This document shows positions 19,147 to 28,007 of a stretch of 64,000 bases of DNA, piece by piece. The number at the start of each line of letters is the position of its first letter. Position 1 is the first letter of the stretch. Under the pieces are notes generated by a model that saw nothing but the letters and a program-made list of their open reading frames with translations, ran no database searches and was not told where the DNA came from. The position numbers were made by a program, and so were the translations under genes. The stretch is from an uncultured Dehalococcoidales bacterium (lineage in GTDB: Bacteria; Chloroflexota; Dehalococcoidia; Dehalococcoidales; BS750m-G39): assembly GCA_964408935.1 (NCBI GenBank), contig CAYPBF010000001.1, positions 21,703 through 85,702 of the forward strand. The letters are read 5' to 3'.

Positions 19147-21008
19147 TTCCTTATCAGCGCCCCGAGGTTGCAGACGTCATAGCAAGCGCCGCACTTTATG
19201 CACTTCTCCTGGTCTAAGACCACGGGCTTCTTCTTGCCCATATCAGTTATCGCCTCGGACGGGCAGGCTTTGACACAGAGTCCGCAACCGGGGCATTTCT
19301 CTTCATCAATGGAATAGGTGACTAATTCTTTGCAGACACCAGCGGGACAGCGCTTTTCCTTGATGTGGGCTTCGTACTCATCTCTGAAGTAGCGTATAGT
19401 GGTCAGCACTGGGTTGGGAGCGGTGCTGCCCAACGCGCAGAGTGAGGTATCGATGAGCGCTGCCGAAAGCCTCTCCAATAGCTCGATATCACCTTTCTTG
19501 CCCTTGCCTTCGGTGATATCAGCTAGTATCTGGCTCATCCGCTTCAGGCCCTCGCGGCAGGGTAAACACTTGCCGCAGGACTCGCCCTCCAGGAAGTTAA
19601 CGAAGTACTTGGCGATATCCACCATGCAGGTGTTCTCGTCCATGACAATCATGCCGCCCGAGCCCATCATCGAGCCGGCTTTGTCCAGCTCGTCGAAGTC
19701 AACGGGCAGGTCGAGGTGGCTTTCGGGTATGCAGCCCCCCGAAGGCCCGCCCGTCTGTACCGCCTTGAACTTCTTGTCGTCGGGGATACCGCCGCCGATA
19801 CCGTAGATAATGTCCTTCAGGGTCGCGCCCATGGGCACTTCGATAAGACCGGTGTTGTTTATCTTACCTACCAGCGAGAATATCTTGGTACCCTTGCTGC
19901 CTGGGCTGCCTATCTTGGCGTACCAATCGGCACCGTTTTTGATGATTAAGGGGACGTTGGCCCAGGTCTCGACATTATTAAGGTTGGTCGGCTTTTCCCA
20001 GAGGCCTTTTTCTGAGGTATGGACGTATTTCGCCCTGGGCTCGCCGACCTTGCCCTCTAGCGAGGCCATCAGCGCCGTCGACTCACCGCAGACAAAGGCA
20101 CCGCCGCCGCGGCTTATCTTAACGCTGAAGTCAAAGCCAGAGCCGAGTATGTTCTTACCCAGCAGCCCCAGCTTCTCCGCCTGCTCGATGGCTATCTGGG
20201 CGTTCTTGACCGCCAGCGGGTACTCGTTACGGACGTAAATATAGCCCTCGTGCCCACCGATAGCGTAGGCACCGATAACCATTCCCTCCAAAACGCTGTG
20301 AGGGTTGCCCTCCATAAGGCTGCGGTCCATAAAAGCACCGGGGTCGCCCTCGTCACAGTTACAGATGATATACTTCTTATTGCCCTCGGCGTTGCGGCAG
20401 GTCTGCCACTTAGTCGCCGCCGGAAAACCACCACCACCTCGCCCTCTTAGGCCCGCCTTCTTAACTTCGGCGATGACCGCCTCGGGTTTCATGGAAAGGG
20501 CTCTAGTCAGAGCGGCGTAGCCGCCCAGAGCCAGATAGTCCTCAATTATTGTAGGGTCAATGTTGCTGTTGTTACCCAGGAGGAGGCGCTTCTGCTTTTT
20601 ATAGAAGGGCACATCTGATTCATAGGTTATCTCCTTACCGGTATCGGGGTCAACGTAGAGCAACCGGTCAACGATATCGCCCTTGACCGTCGCCGTGACT
20701 ATCTCGGCAACATCCTCACCCTTCACCTGCTGGTAGAGGATATTCTCCGGTTTGATAACCACCAGCGGACCCTTCTCGCAAAAGCCGGGACAGCCAGTTA
20801 CCCTCAGGCTTATCTGGTTCTCCAGTCGGCGTTTTTTTAACTCTCGCCGGAAACCGGCGATAACACCCTCAGCTCCCAAAGCCAGACAACCAGTGCCACC
20901 ACAGACGACGACGCAGCTCTGGCTAGTGTCCCTGGTCTTGATTATCGAATCTCTCAGAGCCTCTAGCTTCTGCGGTGAACTCAGCCGACCGTTGCTCCGT
21001 TTGGCCAT
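19143..21008 (-). CDS. NuoF-like NAD(H)-binding flavoprotein with extra Fe-S domains (HydB/HndC-type)
   Basis: 621 aa. N-terminal CGGTGC...CPGFC thioredoxin-like domain, GRGGGGFP FMN motif, CGKCLPCREG, C-terminal CPGCGLCVKACP and CIKCGACYDVC. Confidence 0.9.
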   Translation of the reverse strand: MAKRSNGRLSSPQKLEALRDSIIKTRDTSQSCVVVCGGTGCLALGAEGVIAGFRRELKKRRLENQISLRVTGCPGFCEKGPLVVIKPENILYQQVKGEDVAEIVTATVKGDIVDRLLYVDPDTGKEITYESDVPFYKKQKRLLLGNNSNIDPTIIEDYLALGGYAALTRALSMKPEAVIAEVKKAGLRGRGGGGFPAATKWQTCRNAEGNKKYIICNCDEGDPGAFMDRSLMEGNPHSVLEGMVIGAYAIGGHEGYIYVRNEYPLAVKNAQIAIEQAEKLGLLGKNILGSGFDFSVKISRGGGAFVCGESTALMASLEGKVGEPRAKYVHTSEKGLWEKPTNLNNVETWANVPLIIKNGADWYAKIGSPGSKGTKIFSLVGKINNTGLIEVPMGATLKDIIYGIGGGIPDDKKFKAVQTGGPSGGCIPESHLDLPVDFDELDKAGSMMGSGGMIVMDENTCMVDIAKYFVNFLEGESCGKCLPCREGLKRMSQILADITEGKGKKGDIELLERLSAALIDTSLCALGSTAPNPVLTTIRYFRDEYEAHIKEKRCPAGVCKELVTYSIDEEKCPGCGLCVKACPSEAITDMGKKKPVVLDQEKCIKCGACYDVCNLGALIRK

Positions 21009-21479
21009 TTATTTATAACTCTCCAGCAAAGTCTTTACCCTATCGGTCTTCATCTGTCCTGAATATTTGCCATCAATTATCACTATCGGCCCCAAGGCGC
21101 AAGCGCCGACGCAGTTAACCGTCTCCATGGTGAATCGAAAGTCTTCGGTGGTTTCACCATGTTTTATGTCAAGTTGCCGCCCTACTTCATCGAGGACTCG
21201 GCCCGCGCCTCTGACGTGGCAGGCGGTACCCAGACAGACATTGATGATATGGCGCCCCCTCGGTTTGAGGCTGAAGGCCTTAAAGAAGGTAGCCACGCTG
21301 TAGACCTGCGTCATGGGTATCTCCAGCCCTTCGCTTATCTGATCCAAAGACTCCTTGGGTAGGTAGTTATACTCCGTCTGGACGTCTTGCAGAATGGCCA
21401 CTAGCATACCCTTATCGCGCTCGTAGCTGTCCAGAATCGAGTTAATCTTCTGCTTAGTCGGCTTACTTGCTGTCGGCAT
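21009..21479 (-). CDS. NuoE-like thioredoxin-fold 2Fe-2S protein (HydC/HndA-type)
   Basis: 156 aa. [10 protein letters not shown] ... CVGACALGP. Its stop directly abuts the NuoF-like ATG. Confidence 0.9.
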   Translation of the reverse strand: MPTASKPTKQKINSILDSYERDKGMLVAILQDVQTEYNYLPKESLDQISEGLEIPMTQVYSVATFFKAFSLKPRGRHIINVCLGTACHVRGAGRVLDEVGRQLDIKHGETTEDFRFTMETVNCVGACALGPIVIIDGKYSGQMKTDRVKTLLESYK

Positions 21480-22395
21480 TCGCCTTCTCCTTAAGCGCAG
21501 CGTAATCAGCGGCCACCCGCTTTTGTATCTTCTCTAGTATGTCTTCGGAAAGGTGTCGGAATCTTCCCTGTAGCTTCATGTAGTCGGTGACGGGCCTGAG
21601 CTCGGGAAAGTCAAAGTTCAGCTTGTACTGGCCGTTCTCCACCTCGTAGAGAGGGAATATCCCCGTCTCCACGGCCAGGCGGCCTATCCTGACCGTCAGG
21701 TCGGTGGGGCATCTCCAACCGGTGGGACAGACCGAGAGGATGTGGACATAGGCAGGGCCAGGGGTCTTGGCCGCTTTCCCTACCTTCTCCATCATGTCGA
21801 AGGGATAGCTGGGGCAGGCGGTGGCCACGTAGGGTATGTTGTGGGCGGCGGCAATCGCTGGCATGTCCTTCTTCCAGCTAAACTGGCCGATGCTCTTCTT
21901 GCCCGCCGGAGAGGTTGTGGTGGAAGCGCCGAAGGGTGTGGCCGAGGAGCGCTGTATTCCCGTGTTCATATAGGCCTCGTTATCGAAGCAGATATAGACG
22001 AAGTTGTGCCCCCTTTCCATAGCACCCGAAAGCGCCTGGAGGCCGATATCGCTGGTGCCGCCGTCACCGGCCATAGCCACCACGTTGATATCCTGCTGGG
22101 CGATGCGGCCTTTCTTCATCAGCATCTTTAAGCCCGATTCGACACCCGAAGCCACCGCGGCGCTGTTCTCGAACAAGGTATGAATCCAGGGCACCTTCCA
22201 GGAGGTGGTCGGTAGCGGTGAAGAAACAATCTCCATACAGCCGGTAGCTTCAGCGATAATGGTGTTCGGCCCCAAAGCCTTGCAGGCCAGTCTGACCGCC
22301 AGTGCCTCGCCACAGCCGATGCAGGCGCGATGGCCGGGGACGAAAGTGTCTTTTTTCGTTATCAGTCGGGGAACATAGACGTTGTAGTTCTGCAT
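21463..22395 (-). CDS. 2-oxoacid:ferredoxin oxidoreductase beta (TPP-binding) subunit, Por/Vor type
   Basis: 310 aa. [18 protein letters not shown] motif. 17-nt overlap with the NuoE-like gene. Confidence 0.9.
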   Translation of the reverse strand: MQNYNVYVPRLITKKDTFVPGHRACIGCGEALAVRLACKALGPNTIIAEATGCMEIVSSPLPTTSWKVPWIHTLFENSAAVASGVESGLKMLMKKGRIAQQDINVVAMAGDGGTSDIGLQALSGAMERGHNFVYICFDNEAYMNTGIQRSSATPFGASTTTSPAGKKSIGQFSWKKDMPAIAAAHNIPYVATACPSYPFDMMEKVGKAAKTPGPAYVHILSVCPTGWRCPTDLTVRIGRLAVETGIFPLYEVENGQYKLNFDFPELRPVTDYMKLQGRFRHLSEDILEKIQKRVAADYAALKEKANADSK

Positions 22396-23570
22396 TAGTC
22401 TCTTACCCCGAATATCTCGAACTCGTTAGGGCTGCCTTTTTGCGCGATGGCAATGCCCTTATTGATTATCGTCTCGAAGCCAGCGGGGGCGATGTCTCGA
22501 CCCCCTATTCCGGCCACGAAGCTGACTATCTTTGGTTTCTTGGCCTCACCGTAGAGGGCTGACCTCACTTCGGAGCAGACCGGCCCGCCGGGGCCGCCGA
22601 AGGAAAGCGCCCTGTCGACGACGATGAGGGTTTGGGCATCCTTGACCGCCTGACGGAACTCTTCGAAGGGGAAGGGTCGCCAGAGACGGATTCTGACCAA
22701 GCCTACCTTTTTGCCCTCGTTCCTGAGCTTATCGATGACCGTCATTGCCGTCTCGCTGAAGCTGCCCATTGTCAGCAGCAGTGTTTCGACGTCCTCGGTC
22801 TTATAGCTTTCCACTGGTGAGTAGTTACGTCCGAAGGCTTTGCCAAACTCCTGCCAGGTCTTTAGGATTACCTCTTTGGAGGCCTTCAGGTTGACTTCCT
22901 GCGCCCACTTGGCCTCGGGGTAGAGGATGGGTGGGGCGAAATCCCCCATGGTTACCGGTTTGTCGGGGTGGAGGGGCAAAGGGTATTTGTTGGGCGGCAG
23001 GAACTTATCGACGGCGCTCTGCTCGGGGAAGACGATAGGCTCGATAACATGTGATAAGTGGAAACCATCGAGGTGGACCATTACCGGCAGCAAGACGCCC
23101 TTGTCCTCACCGATTTTAAAGGCGCAGAGGACGTTGTCCACCACTTCCTGCCCGTTCTCGGTAAATATTTGTATCCAGCCGGTGTCGCGCACGGCCATAG
23201 CATCCGAGTGGTCGCCCCAGACGCTTAAAGGCGATGACAGGGCGCGGTTGGCCACCGTCATCACCACGGGCAGGCGCATGGATGAGGCGACATAGAGTAC
23301 CTCGTGCATAAGCTCTAGGCCCTGTCCAGCGGTAGCGGTAAAGGTTCGGGCACCGGCGGCGGCTGAGCCGAGACAGGCGCTCATCGCCGAGTGCTCTGAC
23401 TCCACGGGGATATAGGCGGCGTCTAATTCGCCGTCAGCGACCAGCTCGGCCAGGTGTTCCACGATGTGGGTCTGGGGGGTTATAGGATAGGCGGCGACGA
23501 CATCGGCATTGGCCAGCTTGACCGCCTCACCGACGGCCACCGATACCTCTATACCCACTTTCTTGGTCAT
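22395..23570 (-). CDS. 2-oxoacid:ferredoxin oxidoreductase alpha subunit
   Basis: ORF track to 23612. ATG 23570 gives the typical [10 protein letters not shown]... N-terminus and a TAATG junction with the delta-subunit stop. Another TAATG junction joins it to beta. Confidence 0.9.
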   Translation of the reverse strand: MTKKVGIEVSVAVGEAVKLANADVVAAYPITPQTHIVEHLAELVADGELDAAYIPVESEHSAMSACLGSAAAGARTFTATAGQGLELMHEVLYVASSMRLPVVMTVANRALSSPLSVWGDHSDAMAVRDTGWIQIFTENGQEVVDNVLCAFKIGEDKGVLLPVMVHLDGFHLSHVIEPIVFPEQSAVDKFLPPNKYPLPLHPDKPVTMGDFAPPILYPEAKWAQEVNLKASKEVILKTWQEFGKAFGRNYSPVESYKTEDVETLLLTMGSFSETAMTVIDKLRNEGKKVGLVRIRLWRPFPFEEFRQAVKDAQTLIVVDRALSFGGPGGPVCSEVRSALYGEAKKPKIVSFVAGIGGRDIAPAGFETIINKGIAIAQKGSPNEFEIFGVRD

Positions 23571-23863
23571 TATTCTTCCTCCACGACCATGGTTATTACC
23601 TTGGTCGGGCACTCACGGGCACAGATGCCACAGCCCTTGCAGTAGTAGACATTGGCTTCGAAATAGCCATCGTCATCTTGCTCAATACAGCCCTCGGGAC
23701 AGTAAATCTGGCAAAGCCCGCACTTGATGCACTTGGTGAAATCGTAGGTTGTCCGTTGCGAGCGCCAGTCGCCCGTCTTATACTGCGCGGCGTTGCCTGG
23801 CTCGGTGACGATAGAGCCGATTTCCAGATCTCTCCAGGTTATTTCGCCTTCTGGTTTAGCCAA
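23570..23863 (-). CDS. 2-oxoacid:ferredoxin oxidoreductase delta subunit (2x[4Fe-4S] ferredoxin)
   Basis: 97 aa. CIKCGLCQIYCP and CKGCGICARECP. Confidence 0.9.
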   Translation of the reverse strand: MAKPEGEITWRDLEIGSIVTEPGNAAQYKTGDWRSQRTTYDFTKCIKCGLCQIYCPEGCIEQDDDGYFEANVYYCKGCGICARECPTKVITMVVEEE

Positions 23864-23867
23864 TCCC

Positions 23868-24437
23868 CTACTCCTTCAGCTCGGTTTCCTGGTAAGCCCT
23901 TTTCATAGCGTTGACGTTTCTTTCGGCAAGGCGGCCAAAGCGGTTATGCAACGGCTCGACCACTGAGTCCAGCTTGACGACATCGGTGGCCTTGAGCAGC
24001 GCGCCGACCATGGTGGTATTGGTGATAGGTACGCCCAGCGTCTCGCGGGCGATACCGGTGGCGTCGACTTTAGCCAGCTTGCACTTGATTTTTAGGCTTT
24101 TCCCGATTTCGACAAAGGATTTCTTGGTGTTGATAATGACTATTCCGTCTTTCTTCAAGCCCGCAGCCACATTAACGATGGTGAGCAGCCCGGGGTCGAG
24201 CACCACCACCACGTCGGGGTCGGTTATTTCGGCCCTGATGCGTATCGGCTCCTGGCTGTCAATTCTGACGAAGGCCTGCACCGGTGCCCCCCTGCGTTCC
24301 GGACCGAAGCTGGGGAAGGCCTGCCCGTACTTGCCTTCGCTAATGGCCGCCTGGGCTACCAGCTCGGCAGAGGTTACCGCCCCCTGCCCACCCCGCCCGT
24401 GCCATCTGATTTCCATTAGCCGATTTTTAGAAACCAC
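23868..24437 (-). CDS. 2-oxoacid:ferredoxin oxidoreductase gamma subunit
   Basis: 189 aa with [13 protein letters not shown] 24437 has GGAGA 8 nt upstream. The alternative ATG 24416 lacks an SD. Confidence 0.88.
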   Translation of the reverse strand: MVSKNRLMEIRWHGRGGQGAVTSAELVAQAAISEGKYGQAFPSFGPERRGAPVQAFVRIDSQEPIRIRAEITDPDVVVVLDPGLLTIVNVAAGLKKDGIVIINTKKSFVEIGKSLKIKCKLAKVDATGIARETLGVPITNTTMVGALLKATDVVKLDSVVEPLHNRFGRLAERNVNAMKRAYQETELKE

Positions 24438-24466
24438 TTCACCGTCTCCAAGCTAATTAAGAAAAG

Positions 24467-24539
24467 CGCCCCTGGAGCGACTCGAACGCTCGCACCCAGC
24501 TCCGGGGGCTGGTGCTCTATCCAACTGAGCTACAGGGGC
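24467..24539 (-). tRNA. tRNA-Arg (anticodon CCG), no encoded CCA, C at position 33
   Basis: Hand-folded: GCCCCTG TA GCTC AGTTGGATA GAGC A CCAGC CCCCGGA GCTGG GTGC GAGCG TTCGAGT CGCTC CAGGGGC G (73 nt). Ends 29 nt upstream of the OFOR gamma start. Confidence 0.85.
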
Positions 24540-24566
24540 GAGTACGATTCTAAAGTACGATTATAT

Positions 24567-24596
24567 ATGATAACCTATAACTCAGGCAGGATGCAA
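24567..24596 (-). promoter_or_regulatory. candidate promoter for tRNA-Arg and possibly the downstream operon (TTGCAT-18 nt-TATCAT)
   Basis: Minus strand: TTGCAT (24596-24591), TATCAT (24572-24567), 27 nt before the tRNA 5' end. Confidence 0.35.
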
Positions 24597-24601
24597 ATTT
24601 T

Positions 24602-25486
24602 TTAAGCTGAGTCCGAAGGCGGTTTCACCACCAGTACCGGTACCGGGCTGTCCTCTATAACCTTCTGAGCCGTGCTGCCGAAGACCCATTTCGTCATGCC
24701 CGAATGGCCATGGCTTGATATGGCAATCAGGCTGACCCTCTTTTTCTTGGCGTAGTCAAGGATTTCCTTGACGACCTCCCCCGACCTGATGGCGACGGTT
24801 AGTTCGCCCTTGGTCTTCTTTCCCCTCTGCAACCGTTTGTAGACCTTATCCAGGTATTCCTTGGCTTCCGCCTTGTATGCCTCCATCTCCTGTTCAGGAT
24901 AATGGATATAGTCCAGACCACCCACAGTGCGAATATGCTGTCCCGTCGGCACCACCCCCAGCAGGATAATTTCAGCCTCCAATCGTGACCTGAGCTCCTT
25001 GGCCCGCGTTATGGCGGCTTCGCCAGCCTCGGAGCCATCCAGAGGAAGGAGGACACGGCTTATCAGATGCTTCTTTTCCTTGGTCTTGCGCCGACGTTTG
25101 GTCTCCTTGATGAGCAGCAAGGGCACACCGACGGCGTCAATTACCTTGTCGGCTACCCCTTCCTTCGCCCAGGGTATTATGCCTGAGCTTTCGTGAGTAG
25201 CCATGACAATGAGTCGGATATCGTTCTTATCGGTGTATTTGACAATCTCCTCAACCGTCTTGCCCGCTATGACCACGGGGCTGACCCTTTTAAGCCGCTT
25301 CTTCATCTGCACGGACAGTCTCTCCAGGTAGAGCTGGTGCATATGGAGGCGCTCTTCATCCTCTGGCCCACTGACGTAGAGCAGGACAAGTTCGGAATTG
25401 AAGGCGCTGGCTAGCTCCTTAGCGTAGGGCAGAGCCAGCTCGGCCAGGTCGGACCCATCCAGGGGAACCAGAATCTTCTTCCACAT
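24602..25486 (-). CDS. universal stress protein, tandem UspA domains
   Basis: 294 aa. Two ~140-aa Usp repeats, each starting KILVPLDGS / RVLLPLDGS. The second ends SHGHSGMTKWVFGSTAQKVIEDSPVPVLVV. Confidence 0.85.
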   Translation of the reverse strand: MWKKILVPLDGSDLAELALPYAKELASAFNSELVLLYVSGPEDEERLHMHQLYLERLSVQMKKRLKRVSPVVIAGKTVEEIVKYTDKNDIRLIVMATHESSGIIPWAKEGVADKVIDAVGVPLLLIKETKRRRKTKEKKHLISRVLLPLDGSEAGEAAITRAKELRSRLEAEIILLGVVPTGQHIRTVGGLDYIHYPEQEMEAYKAEAKEYLDKVYKRLQRGKKTKGELTVAIRSGEVVKEILDYAKKKRVSLIAISSHGHSGMTKWVFGSTAQKVIEDSPVPVLVVKPPSDSA

Positions 25487-25499
25487 TTTCCACCTCCTC

Positions 25500-26864
25500 T
25501 TAAGCGTATCTTATCACTAAGTATAACCAGCATAAGCCGACCACCATAATCATGGCCGGAATGGCGTATTTGCAGAACTTGCCCCAGCTTATGGGATGCC
25601 CTTCTTTCTCAGCGATGGCGGTGCCGACGACGTTAGCCGAAGCTCCGATGGGGGTGGCGTTGCCGCCGATGTCGGTGCCCAGCGCCAACGTCCAGGCCAG
25701 TGTGGGCAGTTTTAAGCCCGCCGTCTTGGAGAGGTTAGTAATTACGGGCACCATGGTGGCGGCAAAGGGTATGTTGTCCACTATGGCCGAGGCAAAGGCG
25801 GATATCCAGAGGATAATGGGTATCACCAGAATCAGGCTTCCCCCGGAGGCATCGCCGATGTAGTTGGCCAACCTAACCAGCACACCCGTTTCCTCCAGAC
25901 CCCCGACGCAGATAAACAGCCCGATAAAGAAGAGCAGCGTCCGCCAGTCGACACGACTAATGATGTGCAGTGCCTTCTTATATGACGCCAACAGCGTCAC
26001 CGCGGCGGCGATAACGCCGATTAAGGCCATAGATATGCCGGTTTCAGCATGAGTTACAATTAGGACAATGATACCAATAAAAATAGCAGCGTTGATACGG
26101 AAGTGAAGTGGGTCAACGATAGCCTCGCTGGGCTCGGGGTATTTGTTTTCGGGGGTATCGGGTCTATTCTTCTCAGAGCTGGAGAGTGTCTTACGAAAAA
26201 CGAAGTAGAAGAAGGCCAGGGCAGCTATCATCCCTATCCAGGCGATAATACCGGTGTTGGCAGCGAAGTCGGTGAAGTTATAGCCAAGGGCGGTGCCGAT
26301 AATTATATTGGGCGGGTCGCCTGACATGGTGGCAGCGCCGCCGGTATTGGCGGCAAAGATTTCAGCGATTATCACCGGCACCGGGTCGAATTTGAGCAGG
26401 CGCGACAGCTCGATGGTGACCATAGCCAAGAAGAGGAGTACGGTGATGCTATCGATGAACATGGCCAGGAAACCGGAGAGGAGCATAAAGACGATGAGTA
26501 TGGGAACGACCTTATAGTTGACTAGCTTGGCCAGCAGCAGGCATATCCAGCGGAAAAAGCCCACCTCCCCCAATCCCTCCACCATGACCATCATGCCGCC
26601 TATAAAGATAATGGTCTGCCAGTTGATACCGTAGGACTCGATGTGCTCCTGGCCGGGCACCCAGAAGTGGAACTGCCCCATTTGCCCCAGGTTCATGACG
26701 CTAACCACCGAATCGGGGCTTTGCATGATAATCAGGAAGACGACCACCAGGATGAGTCCGGCACCGACCAGGGCGGGGATGTAACGATGCACCCTGCCGA
26801 TGATAATGGCCAGGAACATCAGGATGAAAATGGCGATAGCAAAAATTTGGCTTACTTCGAACAT
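25500..26864 (-). CDS. ArsB/NhaD-superfamily ion/anion permease
   Basis: 454-aa polytopic membrane ORF with two homologous halves and an SAIVDNIPFAATMVPVI-type motif. Substrate not inferable. Confidence 0.65.
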   Translation of the reverse strand: MFEVSQIFAIAIFILMFLAIIIGRVHRYIPALVGAGLILVVVFLIIMQSPDSVVSVMNLGQMGQFHFWVPGQEHIESYGINWQTIIFIGGMMVMVEGLGEVGFFRWICLLLAKLVNYKVVPILIVFMLLSGFLAMFIDSITVLLFLAMVTIELSRLLKFDPVPVIIAEIFAANTGGAATMSGDPPNIIIGTALGYNFTDFAANTGIIAWIGMIAALAFFYFVFRKTLSSSEKNRPDTPENKYPEPSEAIVDPLHFRINAAIFIGIIVLIVTHAETGISMALIGVIAAAVTLLASYKKALHIISRVDWRTLLFFIGLFICVGGLEETGVLVRLANYIGDASGGSLILVIPIILWISAFASAIVDNIPFAATMVPVITNLSKTAGLKLPTLAWTLALGTDIGGNATPIGASANVVGTAIAEKEGHPISWGKFCKYAIPAMIMVVGLCWLYLVIRYA

Positions 26865-26936
26865 CTAATCAAGCTTAACAAAAACAGATGGAATATTATA
26901 GCCGAAGGGTAGACGCTTCGTCAAAGCAGGATGGGT

Positions 26937-27959
26937 CTAACCGAAGCCTATGCCAGCGCAAAAGAGGAAATAGGCGCCGACAATATAGAGCCCGATTAAA
27001 GCGGGGCTGTACCAGCTGCTAAAGCGAAAGAGCTTGTGCCGACGACGGAAGCGAAGCCCGATTATCACCAGCAGGGTGGCCACAATCGCCAGCGCCGCTG
27101 TGATAAGGTGGGCGTCAGATACCGAGGAGAGAACAGAGTCACCGCGATAGAAGAGGTCAGCGGCAAAGATGATAGCGATGTTGAACATATTGCTGCCCAG
27201 TATGTCGGCCACGGCCATATCGGTCGCCCCTAGACGGAGGGCAGCGATAGAAACCACTAGCTCGGGCATCGAGGTGCTGATGGCCAGGAAGAGGCTGCCG
27301 ACGAAGGTGGTCCCCCAGCCAGTAGCCGTGGCAATTTCGTCACCGATAAAGGCGGCCCATATCCCCGCACCGATAACGGCCAGTGCCGCCAGGGAAAAAC
27401 GGAAATAGACCTTCTTCAGGGAAAGATTATCATATTTGGCCAGTGGAGCCTCGGGGGGGGCGGGGTAGCGAAGCTCAAAGTGAAAGATTTGCCTGATGGC
27501 CACCAGATAGAGGATGAGAATGATAATGCTGGGGATACCTATCCAGGCCAGCTTTATCCCTGAAAACGTTTCCCCACCCAGTATGGTAGCACCGGCAATA
27601 GCGATGAGTACGATAGCTGCCGCTGCCGAGGCCACATGGTTCAGACGGACGTTGCTTAAGATGGGGCCCTTACGGTAGAGAAAGTCGAGCAGGGCGATGA
27701 GAGTCAGGTTGAAGAGGCAGCTACCGAGGAGGGTGCCCATAGCCAAGTCGGGGAGGCCGACCAGGGCCACCGAACTTATGCTGGTGACCAGCTCGGGCAC
27801 CGAGGTAATTGCCGCCAGCAGCACCAGGCCAATCCAAAGCCCGCCCAGCCCCGTTTTCTCGGCAATAGCGTCGCCGTATCTAGCTAGCCTCGTTCCCGCG
27901 AAGAGAATTATGGCCAGACAGACAATATATTGTAGCCAAATCAGAATCTGAGAGTCCAC
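26937..27959 (-). CDS. CaCA-family sodium/calcium (cation) antiporter, YrbG-like
   Basis: 340 aa. Two alpha-repeat signatures, ITSVPELVTSI and STSMPELVVSI. Confidence 0.85.
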   Translation of the reverse strand: MDSQILIWLQYIVCLAIILFAGTRLARYGDAIAEKTGLGGLWIGLVLLAAITSVPELVTSISSVALVGLPDLAMGTLLGSCLFNLTLIALLDFLYRKGPILSNVRLNHVASAAAAIVLIAIAGATILGGETFSGIKLAWIGIPSIIILILYLVAIRQIFHFELRYPAPPEAPLAKYDNLSLKKVYFRFSLAALAVIGAGIWAAFIGDEIATATGWGTTFVGSLFLAISTSMPELVVSIAALRLGATDMAVADILGSNMFNIAIIFAADLFYRGDSVLSSVSDAHLITAALAIVATLLVIIGLRFRRRHKLFRFSSWYSPALIGLYIVGAYFLFCAGIGFG

Positions 27960-28007
27960 AGCAATACGCTGCTAGCATACTATACAAATAGTCGCGCGTA
28001 AAGCCTT

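Noticed and set aside
24541-24562. 9-nt direct repeat AGTACGATT x2 (period 13) between the tRNA-Arg promoter and the tRNA 5' end
   Set aside because: It is short and lies in AT-rich leader, so it could be chance or part of the precursor leader. No independent support.
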